A stretch of DNA of 64,000 nt from Catajapyx aquilonaris. Lineage: Eukaryota. The stretch spans positions 1 to 64,000 of the forward strand of contig KZ538046.1 of NCBI GenBank assembly GCA_000934665.2, written 5' to 3'. Position numbers and translations under genes: made by a program. Shown in pieces: positions 1 through 12,300 of the stretch; the stretch's first letter is position 1, and each line of letters starts with the position of its first letter. Under the pieces are notes generated by a model, which saw only the letters and a list, made by a program, of their open reading frames with translations, was not told where the DNA came from and ran no database searches.

Positions 1-3000
1 GGGGGGGGTGGGGGGCGAGGGAGTCTTATTTTTGCCCTGGGAGGAGATGGGGATGGGAGGAATCTGACCGGTTTTATCATTTCATCGAAGGGCTATGTGA
101 TCTCTGGAGGGATATTTTACGCCTGTGACATTGTAAAGTGCGTGTGTATGGAAAGTGCTTTGATGCTAAAAGAATGGGTGAAAGCATCGTTATCGCAATA
201 ATTGGACCCTGGAAAGTATACGGGGGAATAACAAGGGGGGAGGTATGAGATTCAAAGTGAAGTTCGCGCACTGATGGACACGTATCGTTTCGTAATGGAT
301 GGCATGTGGCAACAATGAATTTCAACAATATAAAAATGCCGAATGAAAAATATTTGATCCTAGTGACGTCACCAATAATGTCAACATCAAAATAAGCAAT
401 TAGTTGTAATGTTCGTTGGCTTCCGGTGCGATCATTTCGAATAACACTAAAATTTCAATATGTTGTGCATGCTATTCCAATATTGAACATTGCTCCGTCC
501 TTAATTAAAATGAACGCAATACAATACCCCTTCCCCTCTTGCTGCTGGAACAGTATAGCCATTCAATATGATCCCAGTTAAATCAAGTGACATTCCAACC
601 GTGGACCAAACTACCCGCGACAAGATACGTCCAGATTGCGAACTCTGGCCTGGGGGAAGCATTTGCAAAATCCGAGCTCTCGAGAAGTTTGGGCGGGAGA
701 AGCACCCCATTTGGGCAGAAGTGACTAACTGCGGGCATGGAGCCAGAATCATAAACCAAACCACAAGGACTGGAGTAAACGGCTCAAGTGATTCACTTTC
801 AGACCATTTTTTAAACAATTTACAAAAAAAAACCCTGCTGTCACTATGGTCTATTAGTTAATTAAATCCGGTTTGAGAAGAAAATTATGATAACAATGAT
901 GTCGAAATCTCAATTAAGCAGCCGCTTGATGAAGAGGGCCATCAATTTAAAAGTTGTACCTGTTCAACCACGTGGCACTTTATTTCATGATTACTTATCC
1001 CACCCGGGCTATTACAAGGTGAAAAACAAGTGTCAAGCTTGTTGTCGGATAGACTTTCTGTGTAATGTGGGCTAGAGGTGAAGTCTAGTAACAAAACGCA
1101 AAATATCGGGGGTTTCCCAATCAAGTTGGCGGTAACCGCAAAGGTGGCCAAAAAAACCGAGTCTCGTTGCGGATGGAGAGGAAACTCCTCGGAAAGGTAG
1201 ACGCAAAGGTGCGGTTTGTCGTCCGCAAAAGAGAGGCTTTAATTAGTCAGTAGGAAGGCGAGATGGATGGGGCCAGTGTTTGGGAGGCCACAAAGTTCCA
1301 GCAGGCAGACGAAGACGTCGTGGTTTTTCCTCCAGGAGTTTGAAGGGACAATTTCTCTCGGTGCGCAAAACCAAAACCTCCCGCCATATTCTGCTCCAGT
1401 GAAAACCTCCTCAAATTAAATAACCAGTTTCAAAGGAAGGGAGGGGGAAAGAGCTGGGGAGCTTAGCTGCAAAATGGCAAAAAAAGGACTCTTCCAGTGA
1501 CAGTGCAATATATCGCAAAAAATTCTCTGCATAATCTGACATCACAATGTAATATTGCAATCGTGTAATTCATACTTAGTGCAAGTTACTACCATTGTGT
1601 AATACTAATCACATGTTTTGTTGCCAGCCCATATTTTCGTATCAGTTAGTCGCGAATAATACAGGTAAATATCGCAACCTGGGCACGTGTATGTTAGGAA
1701 AGATAAACGGTTTGTTGCAGTGGTACTAATGACAGGCTCCAGTTGGCTCCTCAGGCCATCATTTGGAAAAGGATCGGGCATCATTAATAACGCCTTTTCG
1801 TGATGTCTTATATTGTTGGAGGGTTGCCTACCAGATCAGGATAAGTTTTTACAGTATTCAGCTGACATTCTTCGTGACCGCTCATTTCCTCGGTTCCCAA
1901 TTTCCACGCCCATTTTTATACTTCTGGGACTGGTTGTGCAACGGATCTGATTGCACCCATAAGGCAATCAAAAGATTTGGGCAGTGTATTGCCTGGGACC
2001 TCCGGACACAGTACTGGCAATATAATGTAAACTGGGAAAACCACAAACTCGTTTAAAATGACCAGTTTTTTTTCACGATACCTGCAAATGCACGGCACTA
2101 TTTTTCATTTTAAATGGCAGCACTGCCTGGATTTATATTAAAAACCGGTGCAATTTTCTACCTGAACTTTGTTGGAACACAGCGGGGGTGTGAGTTGGGA
2201 TTTTTTTTTTAAAAAAAGAGTGAATTTAGATAATAATGGAAGGCGGGTGGAAATGAGGTCCTTTTGGGTGGAGGATCGGTTAGTTAGTGTTTTGAGGGGT
2301 GTTGGGCATGCGTCTGCAGGGGGTCTCTTTCCCACCCACTCGACCGCGCCCATCATTCAAAACTCACTTGATCCCTCCCAACGTCTGCCAGCAGGACTCA
2401 AACGGCCTCGATATCAAGCCGCACATTTGCATAGAAGAAGGAGACGGGAAATTATGGGCATAATAAAACACGTTCCTTAAAATAAAGACTCGCAGCGATC
2501 TTTCCCAACTCGAGAAAGTTGGCGGAAAATCCGGAAATTTATGCCCTATCCAAACCCGCTCTGCCAAAATGATTGTAAATTCCAGTATTATATCATTCCC
2601 GGCCAGAATTTATCGCCTGTTATCAGATTATGCTTGATAGATTTATTGCGGCGGCTGAAACTTGTAAATTGCCTTCCGAAATAAAACTGCCTTAAGACCT
2701 GTTTTCATCTCGTGACAAAAGTCGCGCTACCCCAACAATCCCCAAAAAGTGATTCTGACAAGCCCATGCCGCGGCCAATTCTAACCTGGCGAACAAGTGT
2801 CATTCAGATGATCTGGTGGACTTGCATCCTGCATATGCAGGTTTATCCACTTTGAACCGAGTTGCATGCCCTTGGCACTTATCACCATTTTATATCACTA
2901 TCGGACACAGGAATAGCTTTCGAATTATCAAGCATCCTAGACACGTCATCTATCAACGAATTTTACTTAATTTTATTTAATTGTTACGTATGCTAGCTGG

Positions 3001-6000
3001 GTAATGAATGTGATCTGTATCAAAATTAAAGTGCATCAGTAGTTAAATGTGAATGAAAATTGTTATCAAAAGTCTTTATGAATCTGACAGTAATTACTAA
3101 CGCGTTTGTGTATACTCTGAAAACCTGATCAACCCACGCGGTTCATAGTCCTGTTTTTAATCAATCACGCACATTTTGACATACACTGAATACTGCAAGG
3201 GGTGACTAAAGGGTCATGGGCGAAATTACAAGCGGAATCAGGCAGCAAAAACCTCCTTTTGTTGTTCCTGCACATGCAGCTCGAATTTGCTTGCCCCAAG
3301 TTACGCACACACTGATAATACTATATCTCAATATGCACTGATGTCCTATGTGAGCAAATTTTTTTTTGCCCTTTGGCACTACCAATTGCATGACACCATC
3401 TTCTTTTCCCATTAATTCTTTTCCCAGGCTCAGTTGTATTTTTGTTTGATTTTTTTTTTTTGCAATTTAAGGCCACGGCGACGGAACAAGTCTCCACAAC
3501 GACAAATGTATATGAGAACCCCTGACATTTGGCTCATCTGCTGGGATTAGGTAAATTCGGCAGACACGGAAGGCGAGTCCGGATCGACTACCATTGGCAT
3601 TTGCAAGCCATGTGGGAAAATCCTGTTTTTCCCCAGCGAATATTCTTGACTGACCACGCAACCTATAGTTCGTATTCGAAGGGAGAAAAACTAATGGAAA
3701 ACCCTATGTACTGGTATTAGACCAGCCCCCCCCCCCTTTTGGAACATTATGACCGATTTTGATTAGCTAGTGCGAGGGCCTTCTTTTCTCTTTTCTACGT
3801 CCTCCCGTTCAATAAGTTGATTAGAGCCGAATTAACGAGGTAAAGGAGACGGCGCTTTCATTAAGCTTTTCCTTCCCTTCCCTTCCCCTTATTTTTTCCG
3901 GCTTCCTGAACACCAGATTTATCACATATATCTCCCACCTTGGACACCTCCGACGCCTGCGTATTATACTGACAATGATGGTGGAAAAAGTGCGACACTT
4001 TATCTAGACAATTTTTTTTTTGAAATATTTTTTTTGAGACATATTCACTCTCCCTCGTTTTAAGTGGTACAATTTAGCAGAAGTGCATAAGTTCTGGCCG
4101 CACTTTTCCCCCTCAGCTTTTTCCCCCCTTTTTCTTTTTCGACGCAATTTGCCAAAGTAGCCCGAATCCGACCATTTTTTAAAGGGAAAAATTTCTCCCC
4201 CCACCCCCATTTTCTAGTAGGAAAAAAACTTAGGGCGGCTGCTTACTTCTTCTGCTGCTGCTGCTGCTTGCTGCCAAAATGCCAGAAATGGATCAGGGAA
4301 TGGTGCAGAGTGCGGAGAAAATTTCCCCATTATCGGAGTATTGATTCCCAACCTGTATAAGAGGCCGACAGGGCTTCAATCACAAGGCTCCGAGGGCTCC
4401 TTTCCATCGGATTAACCCTCCCCCCCAAAAAACTCCCCCTTCTTTGGGTCTGGGTTCCTCAAATCCCTCACCCCCTCAATCCTGATTTATGCAGATTTAC
4501 ATCACCCACACTTTTCATTCTCACCTTACGGCCACTATTTCCTTATTTATCCAAACGCCATCTATACCTTTTTTTCTGAAAGAGACGCTGATAGACACTA
4601 TTCGAAATTAGATGTGAGTGGCAGGTAGTGTTCAACAATTTCCGGATTTCTGTTATAAGATTGTGACTATGTGTGACACCCTGTGGCATTTGGTGGCGGT
4701 GCATTGCATTGTCTCCCAGAGGGTTTTTTGAGGCGTTCGAAGGTTTAAAAAAATACAGATGAATAAAATAAAGTGCAAATTCCCTCGGCGCTTAATTTCC
4801 ACTGCTGTTCCAGTCAGAATTGTGGCTTTATTTGGTCCTATGAGGATGCAATAACGTACAAGATTCATCCTATCCATTTATGCAACCTATAAAGCTCCCT
4901 TGCGCCACGTGGCGACTTCTACCCAGGATATATATACTTTATTGTTGTCCATATTTTTTTTAAATGTTCAAAAATTTGTTGCGCCGGAGCCTGTTTTTTT
5001 GACCCATGCTTACACACTACATTATTAGTTTATGAGTTAAAAAAGTGCTAGGAATAATTACCTGTTTGACAGAAACACCATGTTTTTCCTTGCCGCAGTA
5101 AATAATGAACATGTTAGGTTCTATGGAAATTAATTATTTTGAGGATCATGTGAGAATTTATTTAAAACACAATGAAACGCGCATAACCATACAACATTTC
5201 AGAAAACTTTTTTTTTTTTTGAAACCTGTAGAGATGGTCGATAAGGACAAAAAAGAAAAAGTGTGTTTGGAAATACTGTGTTTGAAAAAACGAAGGATCT
5301 GTTAAGCCGATCGATCAGTTGCAGCGTGAAAAACGTGTACTGGACAGCAGTGAAACATCCAACTGCCAGGGGGTTTTTTAAATCGTTTTTGGGACAATTA
5401 CTTATGTACAAAGATTCTGGTGACAAACACGCACACACTAACTAAAAAAAATTATCATACTAAAAATGATGCTCATCATCTGGGAGGATATTGTCAACGA
5501 CCAAGAACAGCGTAAGAGATCCTTGAAACGTGCTTTTTTTCATATATATAATGAACTGCACACTACCCCGACATGGAAGCGTGTCTACACGCGAGTCCTC
5601 CATTTTGAAAAAACTGGTGCACTGCGCGACTACTTCTGCGTTGGCAAGTATACTTATTCACTCTCAACATCATCACACATTTCACATTGTTTTTTATATA
5701 CTTTTTTCGGGGAGGGTGGTACAACCTACTAGGAAGTACGTATTTTTTTAAATATAAAAAAACTCTCGTCATCTACAGTGAATCAGCACTTTCAGAATGC
5801 AGGACGTGTCCTGTCCTTACGGTGCTTCACACACTTTTTTTTTAGTCATGAAAAAACTTCCACAGACACTACTTTCTTTTGTCTTGATATATATCTGCAC
5901 TTACAACAAATTCTGCTACTGTACGAGAACAAATAAAAGAAGGAGAACGCAAGGAGTAAGCAGTAATGCAAAGAAGGTCCGCCTGTTGGTGAGTAGTAAC

Positions 6001-6201
6001 AACAACAACAGTGTGTCCATGGTTGCATCAGATGAAACAACAACAACAACAACATGATTGTTTCTATGTTGGAGACGCAGCAGCTGAGAAGGTGCGGGAG
6101 AGGGCGAGGGAGACGGTGACTGCGTTGACTGTCGTGGTAGGGTGAGAGTTGGTGGAGGATGCTGAGGAGGATGCTGATCCTGGGAGAGGTTCGTGGCCTA
6201 C
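1..6201 (-). other. Intron downstream of the last visible exon (gene continues past the left edge), or alternative terminal exon/3' UTR
   Basis: Donor at 6201-6200. The last finger lacks its second His at the exon end, and no dati-like continuation was seen in 1-6200. Confidence 0.65.
5998..6053. repeat. Two short (AAC)n tracts
   Basis: aacaacaacaaca and acaacaacaacaacaaca, just downstream (gene sense) of the read-through stop. Confidence 0.8.
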
Positions 6202-6386
6202 CTTGGAGGTGTGTGTCCGAAGGCTGGACTCGGTGGCGAAACCCTTTCCGCAGATGTTGCAGTGGAAAGGCCGGTTTTTGGCGCGCTCCACCTGCGCGTC
6301 GTGGTTGCGCAGATGCTGCTGCAGGTTGGACAGCTGGATAAAGGCGCGTCCGCAGTCCGGCAGGTGGCATTTGTACGGCCGCTCGC
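6202..6386 (-). CDS. dati: Internal coding exon: one complete finger and most of the next (G-ERPYKCHLPDCGRAFIQLSNLQQHLRNHDAQVERAKNRPFHCNICGKGFATESSLRTHTSK)
   Basis: Acceptor tctctctctccggtatgtag|GC is phase 1 and completes the Gly of the HTGERPY linker from the previous exon. Donor AAG|GTAGGC is phase 0. 185 nt = 2 nt + 61 codons. The peptide matches my recollection of dati-family fingers (CHLPDCGRAFIQLSNLQQHLRNHDAQVERAKNRPF). Confidence 0.95.
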
Positions 6387-9300
6387 CTACATACCGGAGA
6401 GAGAGAAGACGGGGTCCGGGACACTCACGGGATGATGCACTCACTCACATGTCTGTACACACACTCGGGGACAACAGACTCGCACTTGCATCTGGACTGA
6501 TGGCATGCACCTCACCCACATTCACTAACAACTACCGACGGCATATGGGGTCGCGGGAGAAACGCAAACCCCACCACCACCACGACAAGGTGGACATTGC
6601 ACAGTACAATATATTAAAAGCAAAAAATACCCGGAGCTATTACTCATATCCCATTAAGCATTGAATTCAGCTGCAGTATACCCCTACGCAAATACTGCCC
6701 GATAATTATTTGCAATTTCAGCTACTAATAACAACCCTGGCAACTAATGAGTACTTAGCGCAATGGCTGCAAAAAACTGAGAGCAGATGTGTAAAGAAAG
6801 TGAAGCCAGCTCATTTCCGCAAAAAGTGAAGGTGGTGGTCGCATTTTTATGAAGCCAAACTGGACTCGGGGGCTGTGCACACACTCCATCGCTCATCAGA
6901 TTGTGGCAAATTCAAAAACCTACGAAACCCGCCCTTCCTGACCGAATAATTATCACCTAGTTGTCTATGTATCGGTTACCGATCCAGCGGTAGCCACACC
7001 TAAACTCAACCAACAATCGTTAAGATCTCCATGTGGAAAAAGCCAGCAAATGCGAATTGAAATTCAGCAAAAGACCCACGTACGGACCCTAATTATCGAC
7101 CTGGACACCACTCCCACCTTAAATATTAATGATTCCCACCAACGTGCCCGCCTTCCCCCACAAAAAAGTCATATAAAAATCGGACATGACATTCTGTTGC
7201 CACAGATCGTGACTCCATTTTTTTTTCTCCTCCCCTACTATTTTTCCAATTGGAGTGTGACTTACGAGGGTGCTTCCATCTGCCCAATCCAGGCGGAAAC
7301 CCCCCTCTTAATAACCACACCCTATATTTAATATTTCACTTGCTTACTCGCCATATGGAGATCTGGAAAAGTCACTTTCGCTTATTATTTTTATGGAAAT
7401 GAATGCGAAGACATCTTTATGCCAGTGCCCTCCGACCACCAGCGATGTGATGAAGGACTGATAGCATTGTGGTGGTAAAAGTAAGACGGGCAGTTTGAGA
7501 AGTCCTGATGAAGGGCGGAAGGCCCTTTTGAGTGGCAGGTTGGCGGGTTGAGCGTGCTGCTTTCGTATATATACAAGGCCGACCAACTACATCGCCGACA
7601 GCAAACGGCTAATTCTCTGGCTACCTGCTTAAGGGGCTATTTTTTTAGGGAGGTTCAGGTGGGCCCAAATTATATGACCGTATTGTGTCAAGAACGTGCA
7701 ATTTTTTAAAACCATAACGGGAGATGTGAGGAACGAATTCGGTTGAAAGGTGAGTCCTAAGCAAACTGAAGCTAGAGTTGGCAGGTAAAGAGAAGACAAA
7801 AGGCTCTTTAGCATGGGAAAAGACTAGGTAGTTTTTTTGGCGACTCATTAGCATCTGAATCGGTTATATTCAGGGTGCAATGTGAACATGTAATGTGTGG
7901 ACTTATAATGCAAATGAGGTCATGTTTTTCTGGGTGCTGAATTCACTCAGGTTCCAATTTGTCGGATTTCCACTTTTCTACCCATTTAAAAGGCGGTATA
8001 TCAGCTTTGGATTGGGATCGACCTCATTACCGCTGGTGTCAGTTTTCCCCAGTTTCGATAAAGCTACCCCGGAGGATACGAAGAAGCCGTTTTCTTATTG
8101 CCAAAAAAACAACAAAAAAACGGAAATCGTGGGGGCCGCGGGTCACGAGCAGACTGCCGTACAGCAGCTGGCGGGGTCAAATGCTTGACCATCACGCAGA
8201 TTGCTGGCTGGACCGACTGGTCAACAAAACCGGCTACAGTCGCAATTAAGACATGTTCCCACCAGATTCGCCAATTACGCTCACCTGCTCAGATACCATC
8301 ACTGACGGACTCAATTATTCTGCGCGTCCCGGTATCACATCACCAGATAGCTATCACCGCCATTGTTTCGTGCAAAGTTTGTCAAGCGGACCTAGGCCTA
8401 GCTAGGCCCAGCCCCACAGAACAAAGGAACGTGCCGATATTATTCTGGTGATGAAAATTTACAGCTAGCGAATTGCGGGGGCCCTGTCAGCAGAGCCTGT
8501 CCCAAATCACGTGGGAACCGAGCACGTGGACTGGTGCCAGATGCTTGCTTCTTGGCGTCGCGACGCACGTGCTCTGTCTCTCTGAAAAGCTGGAGACACG
8601 CGACCTCCCAAGGACGTCTTCTTCACTCTCTCGGCATTCCTTTTCCTAGCATCATCCCAACAGGCAGCTTAAACGGCACGGGGGATGCCCCCACATTTTC
8701 AAGCCCGCCGCATCCCAAGCCACACACGCTCTTAATGGATCCCCCAGCTCTATGTAGGCTACCTAGTCTGCTACGTCACCACCAATCGATAGGGACCCCC
8801 CCCCCCTAAGGGGGGCTCATCTTTAAAACTATGCCGATGGAACAGCTTTAAAGGTTTTGCCAAACATTGCAGGTCGTTCAACTCACGGTTTAACGAACTA
8901 TGAGACCAGTTGCACCACTGACCGACGGTTGTAGCGGTCACGCTTAAAATTTGTAATAAATCAGCGAATTGAACGTTTTGTATAACATGCTAGGCTAAGC
9001 TAGAGTATCCACATTTGACTCAAGTTGTGAATTTCAAATCACTGGGCAAAATGAAGTTTTTTGGTATGGCTCAGTTGGCAACAATTGATAACACATGACA
9101 GACCCTCAGGCGACTATCGACCTTCACATCCTGAAGTTGAGTAATAGCGTTCCTATGATTCCAGCACTTGTTTTAAACAATATAATCGTCCGGATTTGGC
9201 GAATTCAACTAAGCAAGCATTGTTGGCCTAGGGGGTGCCATAAAACAGTTGGATTGTCATATTAGTTCCGTGTGAAATGCCCAGGGTGTGCTGATACCCT

Positions 9301-12300
9301 GGGCTATCACCTGGGTGGGGCAACTATTGACCCGCGGTTCGCATGCACCCATGCATTCAACCCCCCCCCCCCCTCCCCTGCTCAAATCCCACCCCACCAT
9401 CCAGCAGTATCATTTGCCGTTGCTGGCAGAGTTCGGTTCCTGGCGTCCGCCTCCCCCGTTTTTCTACATTAATCGGCAGATTCATTTGCATGCAATGCCC
9501 GGGACCTCTCGTTCTTTGTTAATGAAAATCGATTGCTTTGCTGAAACGATGGCAAGGGAGAGAGAAGGAGTAGGGAGAAAAAGAAGGAGGGGGGGGGCTA
9601 TGAAAAAGGGGGGTGATGTTTGCGATGTTGTTAGTGCTTCCACTCCGGGGAGCTGTCAGGAGAAGGAAGCGCCAGCGAGCTTCAGATTTTTTTTTCAAAA
9701 AGGTCCTCAGTAGGAGGCCCACTCCATGCAAATACAACACCCTCACCAACCATTTACTATAGGTTAATTGGCCTTTTTGCTTAAAAATGCCATATATGGC
9801 CCTAGAAAAATCTGGCCAACTTTTGGACATCACAGCAATTCCGATTTGCAGCTGATTGCCTCAAATTGCCCATTGGTTGCTCATATGGTTTCCAATACTG
9901 GCAGAGTACACAAGGAAGATGCTATTAGAACAATCTGGGTGGAAGTGTACTTTTTCCCTGATGGTCCATCAGCATTTCTACCGTTCTCTCTCTCTCTCGT
10001 TTCGCTATAAAAACACTTGGCCCGGTATAATATGCAAAATTGTGCATTGTATTAGGACACGCAGCCTTGTTGCCGGCTTGTTTCCGTGCGCATCCCATCT
10101 CCATCCAGTCCGGATTACTACCAAGGCGCCGCCTATCAAGGGCCTGACTTAACGAGATTTGCATGGATTTTTTGCCCTTTTTTTGCCCTTAGTTTGGTGA
10201 GAGGGCGAATGGCTCCCGGGGAATTCTATTTGGCTCCAGGAGAGTCTTCGCCTTTTCTCCGGAGGAAAACTCAGTTTTTCCAACCCCTTTTTTCCCTGAC
10301 AGATTCGCATTGGCCATCAACCAAGAGGGAGAGAGAGAGAGGAAAATCTAATCAGGTCAAAACGAGACAATCAGGTGTAATTGCTAGTTCAAAGTTAGGT
10401 AGACTTATGAGTCGTTATTGAAGCCGAATGTGCGTATTTATCCATTTTGTTCTTGATTGCAGATGATGGAGCCAGAAGAATATCCAGGAGTGTGGTGCTC
10501 AACAGGATTGTGTAGTGCGCCGTTTGTGAAAAATAAATAGATTAAATTACACCATCAATGTGAGTGATTCTTGCATCAAAAATGCCACTTTGCATATAAC
10601 ACAATGTTTAGAAATTTTCATATGAATTGTAGTAAATGCAGATATTTTCAACAATAAATATTTTTTTGAATGGTATTAGTAGGCTCTCATAACAAACCTG
10701 TCTGATTCTAATTTTATCATCTCAATTCAAATGCAGTGGAAATCTCAACCCACTTCATTACCGATACGTATTCACTCAGAATTTTTGAATGCGAATTACG
10801 TGAAAATGATAGCCTGTGCGCGAACCTATACTTCAAGTCAGGGGTGTCGAATCAAAAGAACTCGAATCACATTACCGGCGGTGTACCTTTTAAAAAAGCG
10901 CATTTCCCAATTACACTTTTCCACTCACAACCGCAATAAAAGCTCTCCGTCACGTCCAGCCCTCATCACGAGGTTGGGGACAAAAGTCCAATTTCTAACT
11001 GCAAACAAGCATGTGGGTTCTGGGAACGACTCTAATTTCCGTTCAGCCCCCTCTCACAGAATAATACTTTTCTATTACCATCTGGTCACCGTCGAAATGC
11101 GCCATGAGAAAAAAATTATTTAGAAAAAGAGATCCATACAAAAGTAGGCTAATTAATTCGTGAAAATTTGCATGAGAGCACAAATAAGATGGGGCAACAA
11201 AAAGGTCCTTGGGGGGTCGCATTTTGGGACCGTTTGTTGGTCTGGATATGCAGCTATAAAAAAGGTAAGCAGTTATGCAAATTTTTGGGGGTGAAAAAGT
11301 ATCGGTCACATTTCATCCGCTTAGTCCGGTTGATCCTTTTTTCTATTCTCACACATCCGCTTCCGCTTCTCAACAGTCGTTTTGGCTAACAAAGTAATAT
11401 TCTAATGCACCCTCCCTTGAGCAAAAAAGTAGTGAAATTTTACGCTCAATTGGGAACCAAATCCGGTCCCAAAAACATACGGAGAAGACGTGAAGGGCGT
11501 GATATTAATGCGATTTTATCGCCAATACATTATCAAACTGGCAAATGGAGAAGAGTTGCCCTAAACTGGTAATAAAAAAATTTTGGCCGCTAATGACGCG
11601 TTTTAAAAAGGGGGTTTGATAAATGTGGCGTTTTTTACGCTTCCTTTTACTTGCAAGGCGGGTGGGCAAAAAAGACATTAATTCACAGCAAATTTTTCAT
11701 GAGAATCAGAAAAAAACGTGTGTGAGTATCGCGTGACGGCTCACCTGCAATATTAGGGCCATAAGTGATTTTAAGGTATTTTTTTACATGGCTTTTCTTG
11801 TAGAAAAAAATGCACAATTGATTACATTATCTGGATTTACAGAGCACATAACGCCTTTATCAGCACGCTTCTCTCAAAATTTATTCCTAGCCTTTTTATC
11901 TTTCCCAAAAATGTGTAGTGTTAACAATGTGAAAAAATGATTCGTGATCATGAGACAGCAATTATTTACATCATAATTTTGTTAATTATTTTATTTGCTA
12001 CATCCCAGCTACAGTGTTCGTATAACTGGCAATAAAGGACTAAAAGGTTACGAGATGCTTTTTTAAAGCAGTAAACGCAACAGATTTATAGTTTAGGGTC
12101 GCCAGTAAAAAAAATAGTGCCTGTTCACTAACACCATAACCCAATTTTTATTCCCCATATCCAATGAGTCTTGCTTACTAATAGACATAGACCGTTTTTG
12201 GAACATCTGGTTTTGGCTCCCTCTCAGAATTTTCAAAATAACGAATGGCCGGCCTTTAAAAAAATCAGTGCGCACTTAGAGGCTGGCCATTAAGCACGAA

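Noticed and set aside
4247..4352. Minus-strand exon-like segment (tacag|GTTGGG...GAAGAA|gtaagc) with a GCA repeat
   Set aside because: The phase-0 frame needed after the 6202 donor hits TGA. The open frame is out of phase and not dati-like.
5846..6664. Long ORFs 5846-6424 (-), 6149-6664 (+) and neighbours
   Set aside because: Alternative-frame and antisense shadows of the GC-rich zinc-finger exon; no recognisable domain.
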